From positions 496,001 to 560,000 of the forward strand of contig ML978135.1 in assembly GCA_010015805.1 (NCBI GenBank): a DNA stretch of 64,000 nucleotides, in the 5' to 3' direction. The DNA is from Rhizodiscina lignyota (taxonomy: Eukaryota). Under the pieces are notes generated by a model. It did not search any database and had not been told where the DNA came from. It worked only from the letters and a program-made list of their open reading frames with translations. Positions 1 to 11,945 of this stretch are shown piece by piece (the stretch's first letter is position 1; every line of letters begins with the position of its first letter). The position numbers and the translations under genes were made by a program.

Positions 1-1577
1 AACGAGCGGTGCGGAGGTTGGTTTGTTGTTGGTGGTGGTGTCGCGGCGGACTCGAGAAATTCACGTGTGTGTGCAGGAGATTGCAGCTGGCAGCGCAGAA
101 GAAAAGAGAAGGCGGGCCACGAAATTAATGCAAATTGCACCCCCCACCAAGTGAATTGTTTCGTTTCAATGCATTAACTCGCAACTCATCTACACTATTC
201 TGCCTATTCCCTCTCGCTTTCAAAGCGCCCTCCTCCCATCTCTGCCCGTCCGCTCCCTGAAAGAGAGTACAGCTGTAGGGCTGCGAGCCTGCATGGCCTC
301 ATCCCAGCGCCCAACATGCCATTTGAGATCAGCCATCGCCGACTTCTGCCAGCTGCGTCCCAATTGGCGTCGCTCCACGGCCTCGTGATCGCTCTGCAGC
401 CGGAATAGGCACGTCGAGGGCAGTGGCGGCATCGTCATAGGGTACGTTCTGCTCAGCCTTAGACGCCCAGCAGAGATGCACCCGCCAGCCGAGGCCAATC
501 AATGCGTGGGCATGTCACTTTACCATGTCATTGGTCTTATGCGGGTCGCGCCGCAGCGTGTGCCTGCCATGCAAATAGCCATCTCGTGAGGTCAATGGCC
601 GAGTTTATTGCTATGCCTGATGCTAAAGTATCGATCATCGCCACAGCCAATGCACACTGAGCCCGACCGCAAAACCCAAAATGCAACGCTCCGTCCTTGG
701 AACTCCATCGTAGCCTTGGACGTCAAACTCCACCTAGAACGCCGGAATGAAATCCCCTCACGCAATTGTGAGAGTGAAAGCTAGCTAGGTATCCTCCTCT
801 GCCTGGCCACTTTCCACGTGCTCGCGGCACGACGTTGGGTAACACGTGCAAAGCTGAAACGTCGGAACCCAGCGCAGCCGAAAGGACCACGCACTTGCGA
901 CACCGAAATCGCAAGTTGCACCGGTAAGCGACAATGCCGTACGAGTGAAAACCCAGGAAAGGAAAAGTCTTTTGACATTCAGCTGAGCGGCATAAAGTGA
1001 CAAATCTTGACTGATGGGTGCTGCACAACATGGTTGTGGCCGCAGCTGCTGATCATGGAACCTTCGATAGCTCCCGAGAAGTTAATGCCCCCCACAGATG
1101 TGAGGGAAAATCGCTCCAGTGGATTGGTGCGCATGACGCGACCATCTTATCCAGCCATTCCACGCATTCGGATCGAAGAAGCACAGAGGCCCGCTACGTC
1201 GGAGAGAGAAAGACAAGAAGGCAGCACGCACGAGGTGAGGCAAGTGAAACGAGATAGAATGTTAGAAGTCATGAGGGGATCGCGCGTGAGAAGGATCGCA
1301 GGGGTGTCGACGAGGTCTGCATGAGGGAAAGAAACCGACGGTGGGGAATTAGGAACTGCTAGGGGAGGGTGAGTGTCGACGTCGCTCTCGCCATCTGCGT
1401 GGGGAGAGGCCTTCGGTCGTCGAGAGCTACGGTCGTCGAGAGCTACAGTGTGGATCGAGTCGCTCCGTGCTGCATGTTAACTGACCGTGGAGGTCCCTGG
1501 AGTAACTATAAAACCTTCGCAGACACTAATTCTTGTCTAGCGGGAACTTGCCAGGCAGCTGGATGGAGCGGGGACTC

Positions 1578-3244
1578 TCATATCTGGCCCTTGATGTCTA
1601 CTTTTCGGAATGCCGTAGCTTTGGCTAGTTCGAACAGACTGCCAGCTTTCGCAGTGAGGATTTTAAGGACGCCGTCCTTCTCTGAGATCAAGTGTTGGGC
1701 ATTGGCATCGATCAAGAACTGTACGCAGTCCTCATCCGACTCGAAGCCCAGCTCTTCCGTGAGGAATCTCAAGTTGACGTCTGGCTTGTACCTGCATATC
1801 TGTGAGCTAAAGGCAGTTCAGATGATGGGTAGAGGGAATCTTACGCTTTGCAAATGTTAGCAAGAGCAGCTAGCCGCTCTCGACCAACAAACATATCCAT
1901 CAGATATGCGCCCATGTTTGGCGTGTCGAGATAGAGCCGGAAAAACTTGTGATAGTTGCCCAATGCCAGAGCGTTGCGCACTTGGAGTGCGTGTCGGACG
2001 GCAGGCTGCTGTTTGTCTGTGATGGTTAGGTGTGTGAGGACATCGTTCATGTCCACGCGATTGCACGTGTAAATGAAATAGAGGATGCGATAGGCCACGA
2101 ATTCCGGAGGATGCCCGCCGAGACTCTCCTTATACAGCGCCCGCAGTTGCGTCTGGCACTGATTGAACTCACCCAAGTCCCCCTTCTCGAGTGCGATACG
2201 TGCATGGATCTCATAGACGTTCACGGTGAATTCGTTCTTGATATGTTGCACGGTGAGATCCTGGCGGAGGGACTTGAACTGATCACAAATGTACGTGTAG
2301 TCGTTCTCCTGGCGCCACTTCTTCTTAAGATGCTCAAGGGTCTTCTCCAGTACGGACAATGGGCGCACTATCTCTGGCTTGGGCGCGGCGGTGAGACGCA
2401 GATATCGCTTCTCGATAGTCTGGCACGTTCCGATGACTGGTCCGCGAGATCCGCCAACGTTGTCATCATCCCGATATGAATGATGCAGGTTTTGCCACGG
2501 CCGGGGTGACTCGTTTCCAGGCTTGCCGATGTCAAAGCGCTTCTTGCGCTTCTCCAGATCCGCGTTATACTTACTTTCATTGCCGGCCTTTAGTTCCTCC
2601 TGTCGCTTACGAGCTCGCTTGTCAATCTTGCTCTCCTGGCTTTTGCTGGCGTAGGAAATGCGATCTCCAAAGTCTTTGGATCGGCCATTAAGCTTTTTCC
2701 ATGGAGGGGAAGTCTCATCTGCTGGTTCAGCCACGTCTACGTCCATCTTGCGTTTCAGCGATCCATTAGCCCAGTTTGGTGACATATCTGATGCTTCCAG
2801 TGGCCCGCCTGGTTGTTGAGTGCCTAGCTCCTGCTGGATGTAGTACTGTGGCAGAGGCAGCTTTGTCCAGTCTATCGATTCTAAAGTGCCGCACTCAGCA
2901 GCTTGAGTGATGATCTGTTTCAGCTTTGTCTCCATTTCCGTTCGCTCAATGCCGGGGATGGCGGCTTCTGGGGCAAATGATCTTTGTACATATTCGCGCA
3001 CTTCAGGTGACCAGTTGACCTTCTTAGCAGGTTTCGGGGCCGCTTGAGTATGCTCCACCATGTTGTGCTGAGGTGCTAATGTCCGACGGGCGGGCACGGT
3101 GTTATATGCCGGCGTATCTAAAGTACGGTGAGTAGGCCTATGTCCCCGACTGATGAGTGACGCGGATCTGGACATACGCGAGTAGTCCATGGCGTGCGCG
3201 AATGGCGGCGCAGGCTGGTGCCAGGGAGGTGCAGGTGCAGACAT
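1578..3244 (-). CDS. THP3: SAC3/GANP/THP3 (LENG8-like) PCI-domain mRNA export/processing protein; 2 exons
   Basis: ORF 1841-3244 contains 'GTCQTIEKRYLRLTAAP...VRPLSVL...YICDQFKSLRQDLTVQHIKNEFTVNVYEIHARIALEKGDLGEFNQCQTQL', typical of Thp3/LENG8. An intron near 1794-1844 joins it to a last exon ending 'KVDIKGQI'. Confidence 0.88.
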
Positions 3245-3576
3245 TTAGAAGAGGGAGAATAAAAGTCCTCGTAGCTGTGAGGTAAGTAATCGTGGTGGTG
3301 GTGAAGAGGTGTCGTTGACAAAGAGTGATGTAGGAGTGAGGAAGGGAGAGTTTGGGTGGCGGGAGAGATAAGTTCCGTTTTTGCAAGCGCGACTCACGCT
3401 AACCACACTAAGCGAGCCTTGGCATCTGTCTTGGCATTGCATTCCGATAGCACAGGAACCCTCAAAGATGTGTCCGTAGAGCCATATCACGATCGACCTT
3501 GTCCTGTTCTCCCTGACACAGTCTTGCCATTGACTGATCAGGCCGTACACCCTTAGTCCTACCCCAAATGTCCTGA

Positions 3577-5477
3577 ATGTTTCTAAAGCAACTTGATCTA
3601 ACAACTGCGCTCCGGCCAAGCTTGCTACCTGATGAGACGCTCCTCTTCGTTCAGGATGCTGTGGGGCTCTACGACGGGTATGCTATGCAATCCCAAGACG
3701 TTCCAATGCTTTAACCATAGCTCAGGAAGTTTAAGATCCCCGAGTATCAAAACGGCCATGCCTACCTGACGTCGCATCGAGCATGCTATGTGGACAACGA
3801 AGAGCCCAGGAAGTATGCAGTGGCAATAGACCTGAAGGATGTGGATAGGTCCGAATTCTATGTACGCGTTAGCAGACCTCAATTTATCGCTATTAAGCTC
3901 TTATAGTAACAGATACGTAGGCAGGTTTCCTGAAGTCTTCACCAAAAGTTACGCTGTATCCGAAGCCTTTGAAGCGCACATCGCTTTCAACTCGAGGCCC
4001 GCCATGGACGCCTTCACCAGCGCCAACAGGTGGAACTCAGAGTAGCCCACAGCGATCGCTTACTGCCTCTCCCGCGCCTCTCCCAGCCTCGGCGACCTGG
4101 GTTTGTCCGATATGCTCGTTCTCGAATCCAATTCCATCGAACTTCGATCCTGCCACGGCAAATAATAGAACTCCGATACCACCTTGTTTGGCATGTGGCA
4201 TCAAGCCTCCGCTTGTACATGTAGTCAAGGCGGCAATCAATGCTATGGGCAAGCGGCAAGCGGTGCAACAACCTATTACATCGCAACAAGCTACGACTCC
4301 CACAATCCCGAGTAACGATTACGGTACATTCCGTTGTCCTCGATGCACGTTTGAGAATCATCCATCCCTCATCAACTGTGAGATGTGTGGTGCTTCGCTT
4401 GTATCTGCCCCAGATCGCCGCCTTGATCTTGGCCCTAACCCCGTCGAAAGATCAGAATCTCCTGCACCGATGTTTACTGGCCTTGCAATTCAGGACGATG
4501 CAATTGAATCTGTAAAATTCTCATTTCGCAATGGTGGAGATAAGATATTCCATGAGCGCCTGAAGGGCGCTTTGGTACAGCGGAAATGGCTTCTCCAGAG
4601 TGCACCACCTGTGCCACAGCCGATGAGGACTGAGAACGGCAATAATCCTATCGAGCCTCCAAGCACGATCGGTGGGTCCATCTTGGATAGGAACAAGGTG
4701 GTTGGCATTGCTGGACTCGAGAGAAGAGGCCAGGAGCAGCGCAAGAACAATGAGCTCGTTCTCGGAAATGCCTTTGAGGATCTGGAGGCACTCATGACGT
4801 CGGCAAAAGAAGTCATTGCACTGGCGGAAAAATTCTCTTCCCAGGCAAACCCAAATGGAACTGGCTCAGAAGCCGATGCAGTCCTTTCACAGTCGGCTTC
4901 GGCCCTTGGGCTCGTCACGACCAAGGATATGCTGAGCAGCGGTTCAGACTCACTCTACATCTCAGAGCTGTCGCGCAACCTCGCAGAGTTTCTTACCGAC
5001 GATAGCAAAGGCGTACTGAAAAGAGAGGGCGGCATCATCAGTCTCGTCGATCTATGGGCCGTCTTCAATCGTTCTCGCGGAGGTGTCGAGTTGATTAGCC
5101 CTAACGACTTCGAGAAAGCTGCACAACTATGGGACAAGCTCAAACTGCCCGTCAGACTGCGCAGATTCAAAAGCGGGCTACTTGTGGTACAAGGATATGA
5201 TAGAACAGACGAGAAAACCATCGCGGGTTTATTATCATGGTTGGGTACCTTGCATTCTCTAAGCCCCGGCGAGGCATTAACATGGGACTCCCAAGCATAC
5301 GGGCGCGGTGTTACGGCTCAAGAGGTCGCTGAGCATTTCGGATGGAGTTTGGGCGTTGCTACTGAGGAACTCGATATGGCGGAGGAGCAGGGAGCGTTGT
5401 GTAGAGAACAGGGTCTGGATGGGATACGATTCTGGGAGAACTGGCTGATGAAACTGCCGCCGGTGCAGATGACTTGA
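3577..5477 (+). CDS. VPS36: ESCRT-II subunit Vps36 (split GLUE domain, two NZF zinc fingers, EAP30 winged-helix domain)
   Basis: Exon 1 from ATG 3577 reads MFLKQLDLTTALRPSLLPDETLLFVQDAVGLYDG. Later exons read 'HAYLTSHRACYVDNEEP', then the NZF fingers WVCPICSFSN and CPRCTFENHPSLINCEMC, then 'AFEDLEALM...GGIISLVDLWAVFNRSRGGVELISP'. Confidence 0.93.
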
Positions 5478-5753
5478 GGGATGGTGTATTTGTACGAATG
5501 AGTAAATGAAGCATTAGACACTTGAATTCGAGTCCTGAGCGGCATGCTTTGGATTGAAAGTCACAGCTCCTCCAATGATCTGCACGGATTCACATGTCCC
5601 TTAAACTTGCAGAGCCGACATCGGCCAATTTTTCCAGCCCGCGCTTCCGCACATTTTGACCCCGGCTGGGCATATGTCAAGCTCCCTCTGCACCAGTGAC
5701 TCCCTCGACAACCTCATTTCGAGGTTCAATGCCCCACCCCTTCTCGCACACCA

Positions 5754-6826
5754 ATGGGGGAATCCGGAGGAGCAGCGGAGGCGCGCGAATGCGCAGGCGC
5801 AGATAGGGGACGAGCCGTCAAGCCTCCTCGCGTCGCGTCGCCAGTCTCGATTGACGTCGACGGCTGGAGGAGCGCGAAGCTCGTCAATGGCGCGGAAAGA
5901 GCTTGGAATACGCGCAATTTGGGGTGGAGGGTGGGCGCCGATGCGGCGGCGGCGTTGAGCGCGGGCGCGTTGGTCGCGCCGATTATAACGATCATTGATC
6001 GGTGAGTCCAATCCGTTAATGGAGGATGTAGATGGACAGGGGGATAGATGCTAATTAGGATAATACAGAGGGATAATGGAGAATGCGTCTGGGAGGAATA
6101 CGCTAGGTGCGAGTATTAAAGCCTCGCTGGGACGGCTGCTGTTCCAGCCTCATCGATTTGTTTTCTCGAAGCCATTTGCGTTGGTTATTGTACGTTGCTT
6201 TTTATCCAAGCTCATTGCTTGTGAGAGAATATGATCACTGATATCAAAGCCAGGCTTTATACTCGGGCACCTACTTCACAGCAAATTCCGTCGACACCGT
6301 CTCATCCACGCTACGCAACCAACCCTCCGATAAGGTGACAGCCGGTGTAGCCAAGTTCACCGCTCCCTGCACCACAAACCTCGTCCTCTGCCTCTACAAA
6401 GATAGCAAATACACACAGATGTTCGGCGTCCGCACTAGCGTTCCTCGTCCAGTCCCCCTAGCCACCTACGGGCTCTACACGATTCGCGACTGCCTTACAA
6501 TCTTCGCGTCCTTCAACCTCCCTGCCTTAATCGCGCCGAGGTTACCGATGGATGCCATACCGTTGATAGAGAGGAATATAAGCAGTATGAGTGCGGCCCA
6601 GGTCCTCGCTCCGGCCGGCATACAATTATTCAGTACGCCTCTGCATTTGCTTGGTTTAGACTTGTATAATCGGACACATGTGACCTGGGCCGAGAGGTGG
6701 AGCAAGGTCAAGAGCGAGTGGGGAATGAGTACGTTTGCGCGGATGGGTAGGATTATTCCTGCTTTTGGGTTTGGTGGTGTGGTTAATGCGGCTGTGAGGA
6801 GGAAGCTCATCAACGCTGTTGATTAG
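5754..6826 (+). CDS. Conserved fungal uncharacterised membrane protein (possibly mitochondrial); multi-exon
   Basis: Exons 'WNTRNLGWRVGADAAAALSAGALVAPIITIIDR' and 'YGLYTIRDCLTIFASFNLP...FSTPLHLLGLDLYNR...RIIPAFGFGGVVN' are separated by GT-AG introns. The start is approximate. Confidence 0.7.
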
Positions 6827-7103
6827 AGCTCTTCATACTTCTCGGCATTCGGTTTGGGTCAATTTCTCTCTGGCGTTCGAGCGTTGATGATCTCCGCTCA
6901 GCATTGTATTTCGGCATTTCGGCGGCTCACGACTGGATCTGGCGCATCATGGATACCACTAGAATACGATGCATGTCAGACGGATGCATTGTAGCATTAG
7001 CATTTACACGATAGATGCATTTAAACGGCCTGTCAACTTGAACCTCTAATCCATTCTACCAATTTGCCCTTTGGCCAGTGACCCAGTGTGCAGAGCTTGC
7101 CAA

Positions 7104-8817
7104 TCAAACTTTTTGCTCTCCCGTGACGGGTGTCTCCTCGAAGTGAGTGACGCCACTCTTATTGATCTCATTGGCATCAGTCGCCGCTGCCAGTCTCTTA
7201 TCGAGCTCGGCTCTGTCAGCCTCGCTCATGTCGTTAATGTCCAGCGCGACTTTGTCTCCGAACTTGCCAGCGATCTGGTCAACGTCAGTACTATTCTCCT
7301 TCAGCATACCATATCAGGACAACTTACCTCTTCAAGAGTTAGACCCTTCGTTTCCGGGAGATATCTAATTAGGATGAAAACGCAGGCCAGCGGGATGAAT
7401 ATGAACACCAAGTAGTACTTCCAACCAATATTGTTGAACGCAATCGGAGCCGACTGCGTGTACACCAGCGCCGTGAGGAAGAGACCGCTGATTGAGAAGC
7501 CGACGCCCTGTGCTCTTACCCTCGTGGGGAAGATCTCCGAACAGTATACATAGGTCGAGACGTCCATACAGCCGCCATAGAACGTGACGTACAGGTAGAT
7601 AAAGAACACGCCAAACCCGTTGCCGATTTTGTTGTTCGTACCTGCGTACTTTGCTACCATGGCCGCTTCTAACACGATTGATATAGCGCAACCAATGACG
7701 CCAATCGCGAGGATCCGAATACGGCCAAAGCGATCGAGAATGAGCGTGTTGACGTAGTTCATGACCGAAGCCCAGGTGTCGAAGCAAGCGTACAGGAGAA
7801 GCGGGAGAGCGCCGTAGAGTCCCAGACTGTTGTACAGCAAGACTTGGTAGTTGTTGACGACCAGTACGCCTGTGCTCTGGGCGATGAAGAGAACGAAGAA
7901 GCCAGAGAGGAGACGCTTGCGATAAGTCGGTTTGCGAAGGAGAGAGAAAATGTTGCCGAGGTTCTCGTGGCGCTCAAGTTCAATCTGTGCCTGGATTTGG
8001 ATAAACTCCTCACGAGCGGAGACGTGGCCTGGGTCATCTGGGTTGGCGTGGAGATCTTCAAGGATACGGAGACCTGTTCATGGTGGTCAGTATGCGGAGT
8101 GATCCTGCTTTCGGCGTAGTCGTACCTTCTGCATCGCGGCCACGCTCGATGAGCCAACGTGGAGATTCTGGCATCCAGAATGAGCCGACAAAGAGCAATA
8201 TCGGAGACACCATTTGCAAAGCCAAACACAGACGCCATTGAATAGCCGGATTGCTCTCGTAGAAGGTGCCGTATCCCGTCCACCCTGCTAGAGCCTGTGC
8301 ATAGCATCAGTTGTAATGATCAGTTGAGTTTCAGTGAACTCACATAGCCAATGCAGATGATGAATCCATGAGTTCCCACTAGAAGACCTCTCTGCGAGGC
8401 AGGACTGATTTCGGCCTGGTAAGTTGGAACGATGCAGTTGATCCAAGCTACGGAAATTCCATTGATGACGCGGCCAACCAAGAACATTGCAATATGCACC
8501 GCACCAGCTTGCAAAATCCCAGCAATGACGCATACTACGCAAATGATCTGGATTGACTTCTTTCTGCCAAGGTTGTCTGCCAGGTACGCGATGGTCCAGC
8601 ATCCGATGGCCCCTCCGCCTTGGAAGACTCCATTGGTAGCACCAGTTATACTCGCACCGCTTGAGCTGGATATGTCGATATTAAAGTACTGGAAGAATGA
8701 AGGAAGGCCGAGGACAGAGCCAATGAGAGCAGCATCGTAGCCATACGTGAATGAGCCCAATGTGACGAGATACGCAATCAGAAAATTGTAGCGGTTGGCC
8801 TTAGCTCCAATCGCCAT
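7104..8817 (-). CDS. MFS sugar porter family transporter; 4 exons
   Basis: Contains 'GSFTYGYD', 'ADNLGRK', 'PTYQAEISPASQRG', 'MPESPRWL', 'DRFGR', 'SEIFPTRVRAQG' and 'PETKGLTLEE'. Splicing gives a continuous frame. Confidence 0.92.
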
Positions 8818-9899
8818 TTTGAGACGGTTGAGGATCTAAGAGATGCTTGACCGAAGCTGGAACGCCTACGAGGACAGAAGGACATTAAAGAACGCCGTCG
8901 GCAGGATTGGATATGCGTCCATCCTTACCGTATTGCCCCGTGAATACTTCGAATCTGGACTGGACTTCCGAGTATCACTCAACCCAGGAAGATGGTTCCC
9001 CGCATCGATATCCTCTCGACATCCACTCCGCATTGCTTTCTGGCCCGGGGTTTTATTCGTGCTCTCCACTCTCCGTTCACATTGGCCAAGCACTGGGGTA
9101 TCACCCTTGCCTACGGTGATCATCGGGGACAATACCGAGGGCATATCGTTCGTTTCTCCCCTTCCAGCACGCTGTACCTGGCATGGCGGCTCACGTGGAG
9201 ATGTTTTCTCGTCAGATATTAAACAGAGCTCAATCCTATCGAGGAAATAATCGGGGAATAAACAGGTGGTGGTATCGGAAGATTGCTTCCTTTCGATGAG
9301 GTGCTACAAGGCTACTCGGCAATTGCAGCGTTTGGAATTGCCCTCAGGAGGTGGCATATGCCATGGAACCGCACGAGAAGAGACTTCAATGAAGGAAAAT
9401 GATTACGAAACATGGGAGAAAGGATGAACAGAGGTCCATTGAATTTCTTGTGGATGGACGGGAGCTTCCCGCTTGACGAGTCAGTCGGTCCGATTTTCTC
9501 ACCACCACCAACGTCCACTCTTGCGACTTGACTTTGGGGTTGTAGCAATGTAGCAGATAGTGGCTTGAATAAGAAATCGACTTCATCTTCTCATGTATCC
9601 GGAATCGCAGAATGGTTCTGGAAAAGCAATCGTAGTCAAATGCTTAAATAATGACACTGATTCAATCATCTGCACACATGTGGGCACAAAATGTTGATCG
9701 AAATGGGTTGAGTCACCCTTTTTATTCACTAGCTAAAGAGTACAAGACTTCTGGGACTTTATCAATTGCGACACCAGCGCCAGCGCCAATCAACCTGCTT
9801 GGTGTCGCACCACCATGTTCCAAAGGGTGACTCAAATCCTCCGCAGATACAACTTCCACACCCACGCGCACGTCTCCAGCGCCCAGATCGTCAAGTTCC

Positions 9900-11850
9900 T
9901 CCGCGACCCAGCCCACCCAAGTCCTCCCCGACCCAGCCCACCCTCTCATCCACAAACCGAAGAAGAAAGACGTCGAACCTCGCCCAGCGTCACCAAGCCC
10001 AAGTCGAGGGTGCATCCGCGCACGGAACGACAGGGCATGGAGACGGCTGTGTGCCAACAAACCACCAAGCGCCGACCAGTAAGCCGAAAACTTGACAGCT
10101 TGAAGGCGCAAAACTCCCAAGGCAAATGACCTCCATGTGAGTCGCATAGGTAACAAAGACCCTAACCCTTTAAGGTATAACGAAACCGACTTCGGTTAGA
10201 TGCCGTGGGAGCTTTGCGTTGTACGATCCACCAGAGGCTTCGGAATCAATCCTCACCAGCCAGAACAGCTTCAGCATCAAGCTTCATGAGCAAACAGGTT
10301 TCAACAGGCAGATTTTCCCACACCAAGCACGCAACCAACGGAGCGGCGGTTGCCAGTGACACTCGAACACCCATTGTGCTGTGGGCGTCCAAACTCCCGG
10401 CAAGGCCGTAGGAGTTTCCGCTGGGCTCCAGTCCAAAACCAACTTTTGTTGGTTGGCGATGATGGCTGGTGTCGACAAGCCCCTTCCGTGCCACTCTGTC
10501 GCCAGATAGCATGGAGCTATCTGCCTTTACGACAGCCAGTTGGAGCTGACATGCCGACAGCTAACCGTGACCACCCCTCCGCGCGGGTCCGTCCGGCGCC
10601 ATCGACATGCGCTTGTGTAGGTATGTGCCAGGCCGCTCACACGGCATACGAGAGACGAGGTTCGAACCACCGAACGAGGTGAGAAGCCCACGGAGTATAC
10701 CAGCCAGGGGGGAGCAGGGCGATGAAGTCGACGACAACGCAGCCGGAGCTGGCACTGACGAGGCACCCGGTGCCTGTCAGCCTCGTCGTTTCTATCGCCC
10801 GACCAAGGTGCTCGCGCAAAGACTCGTAGAGTTACTGTTGCGACGCTCACTAGACGCGCTTCGTCCAGGCAACGGGGGTCAACCGTAAGCCTAAGCGAAA
10901 AGAGCCGTCGAGCTGACTCTCCGGTGTGAAGTGTGTACCGACGCGCTGCGGGATGGGTGATGTCGTCCGCATATCCGAGTGAGTGTGGACCCCTGTTCAT
11001 GATGTGAGTGAGTGCTCGAAGCTCAAGTGACGTCACGCGTTGAAGGTAAACACCGTACCTGTACAGAAAACATGACTGCGCATGGGTTTCGGCAGGATCC
11101 ATTGATCCATACCCCCACAAGTCAAGTTTCCGGAAGGCAATTGACGACCTTCTCTTGGCTGGCTGCTCTCGAACGATGGTGGTCGATCAATCCGCTTGTA
11201 GTGGTGTGTGGTGAGTCCGCCATCCAACCTTCCATCTCGAGAGAAAAGGAAAAAAAAAGCAGAGATCACTGATTAAACCAGGGCTCCAAGCCCAGTCCCA
11301 GACAAAATCCTCCACGTGGCTTGAAGCTAGTCTTCAGCCTGCTCCCCACCGGCCTCGTTAAAACCTCAGCCTTTTTTGGTGCTTGAGGGGAAAGAGTACC
11401 CTTCGCTGCCAAAGCAGCAGGAGCCTATAAATCAGTGATCAAAACAAGTACGAAATGACTGAAGAAAAAGGCACTATCGTCCTCAGCGCAAGGAGAAAAG
11501 AAAAGAGAGAGAGAACGTTTGGAGAGAGAAGTATTTATCACCTCGCGGCTCCTGCCGCCGGGCTGCGGCCCGTGGGTTCGTGGGAGCTATGGCCTCCTCA
11601 TTTCCAGCTGCCTTGAAGCTTGAGCTAGCTCTCAAGCTGTTGTTTGATTGGTCGAGAGGTGAAGTGTCTGGGGAGCAACACCGGCGCCCGAACTTTCTGA
11701 TTGATTAAACTTTTGCAAAGTGTACTCCATGGGTAGCCGCTTGCTTCACTTGAGTCTGCTCTTGTAGCAATGCTTCGCAAGCCCACGTCTTTGTAGAAAT
11801 ATGAGAGGCTAGGACAAGGGGGAGCAAATACATTTGTTCATGGGCTGAGA
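9900..11850 (+). ncRNA. TER: Candidate telomerase RNA (TER/TR), ~2 kb; exact ends uncertain
   Basis: Template-like ACCCTAACCCT at 10159-10169 (complement of TTAGGG repeats) with a hairpin at 10129-10151 just 5' of it. H-type pseudoknot at 11364-11400. At least 8 nested long-range helices pair 9909-10129 with 11598-11847. Branched arm at 11711-11798. No recognisable protein-coding gene in the interval. Confidence 0.72.
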
Positions 11851-11945
11851 AGAATATAATTGAAAGGAGCAGACGCAAAGCTTCGGTGATTCACTCTGAG
11901 CTTCACTTCATACCAAGTGTTTGTCCATACTCATACCCATCACAT

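Noticed and set aside
1..1560. Several short ORFs and a 16-bp tandem duplication (1414-1445)
   Set aside because: No recognisable protein features; this looks like promoter/UTR sequence with a simple slippage duplication.
10205..11272. Many overlapping 60-200 aa ORFs on both strands
   Set aside because: No motifs and no coherent exon chain; better explained as chance ORFs in a GC-rich structured RNA.
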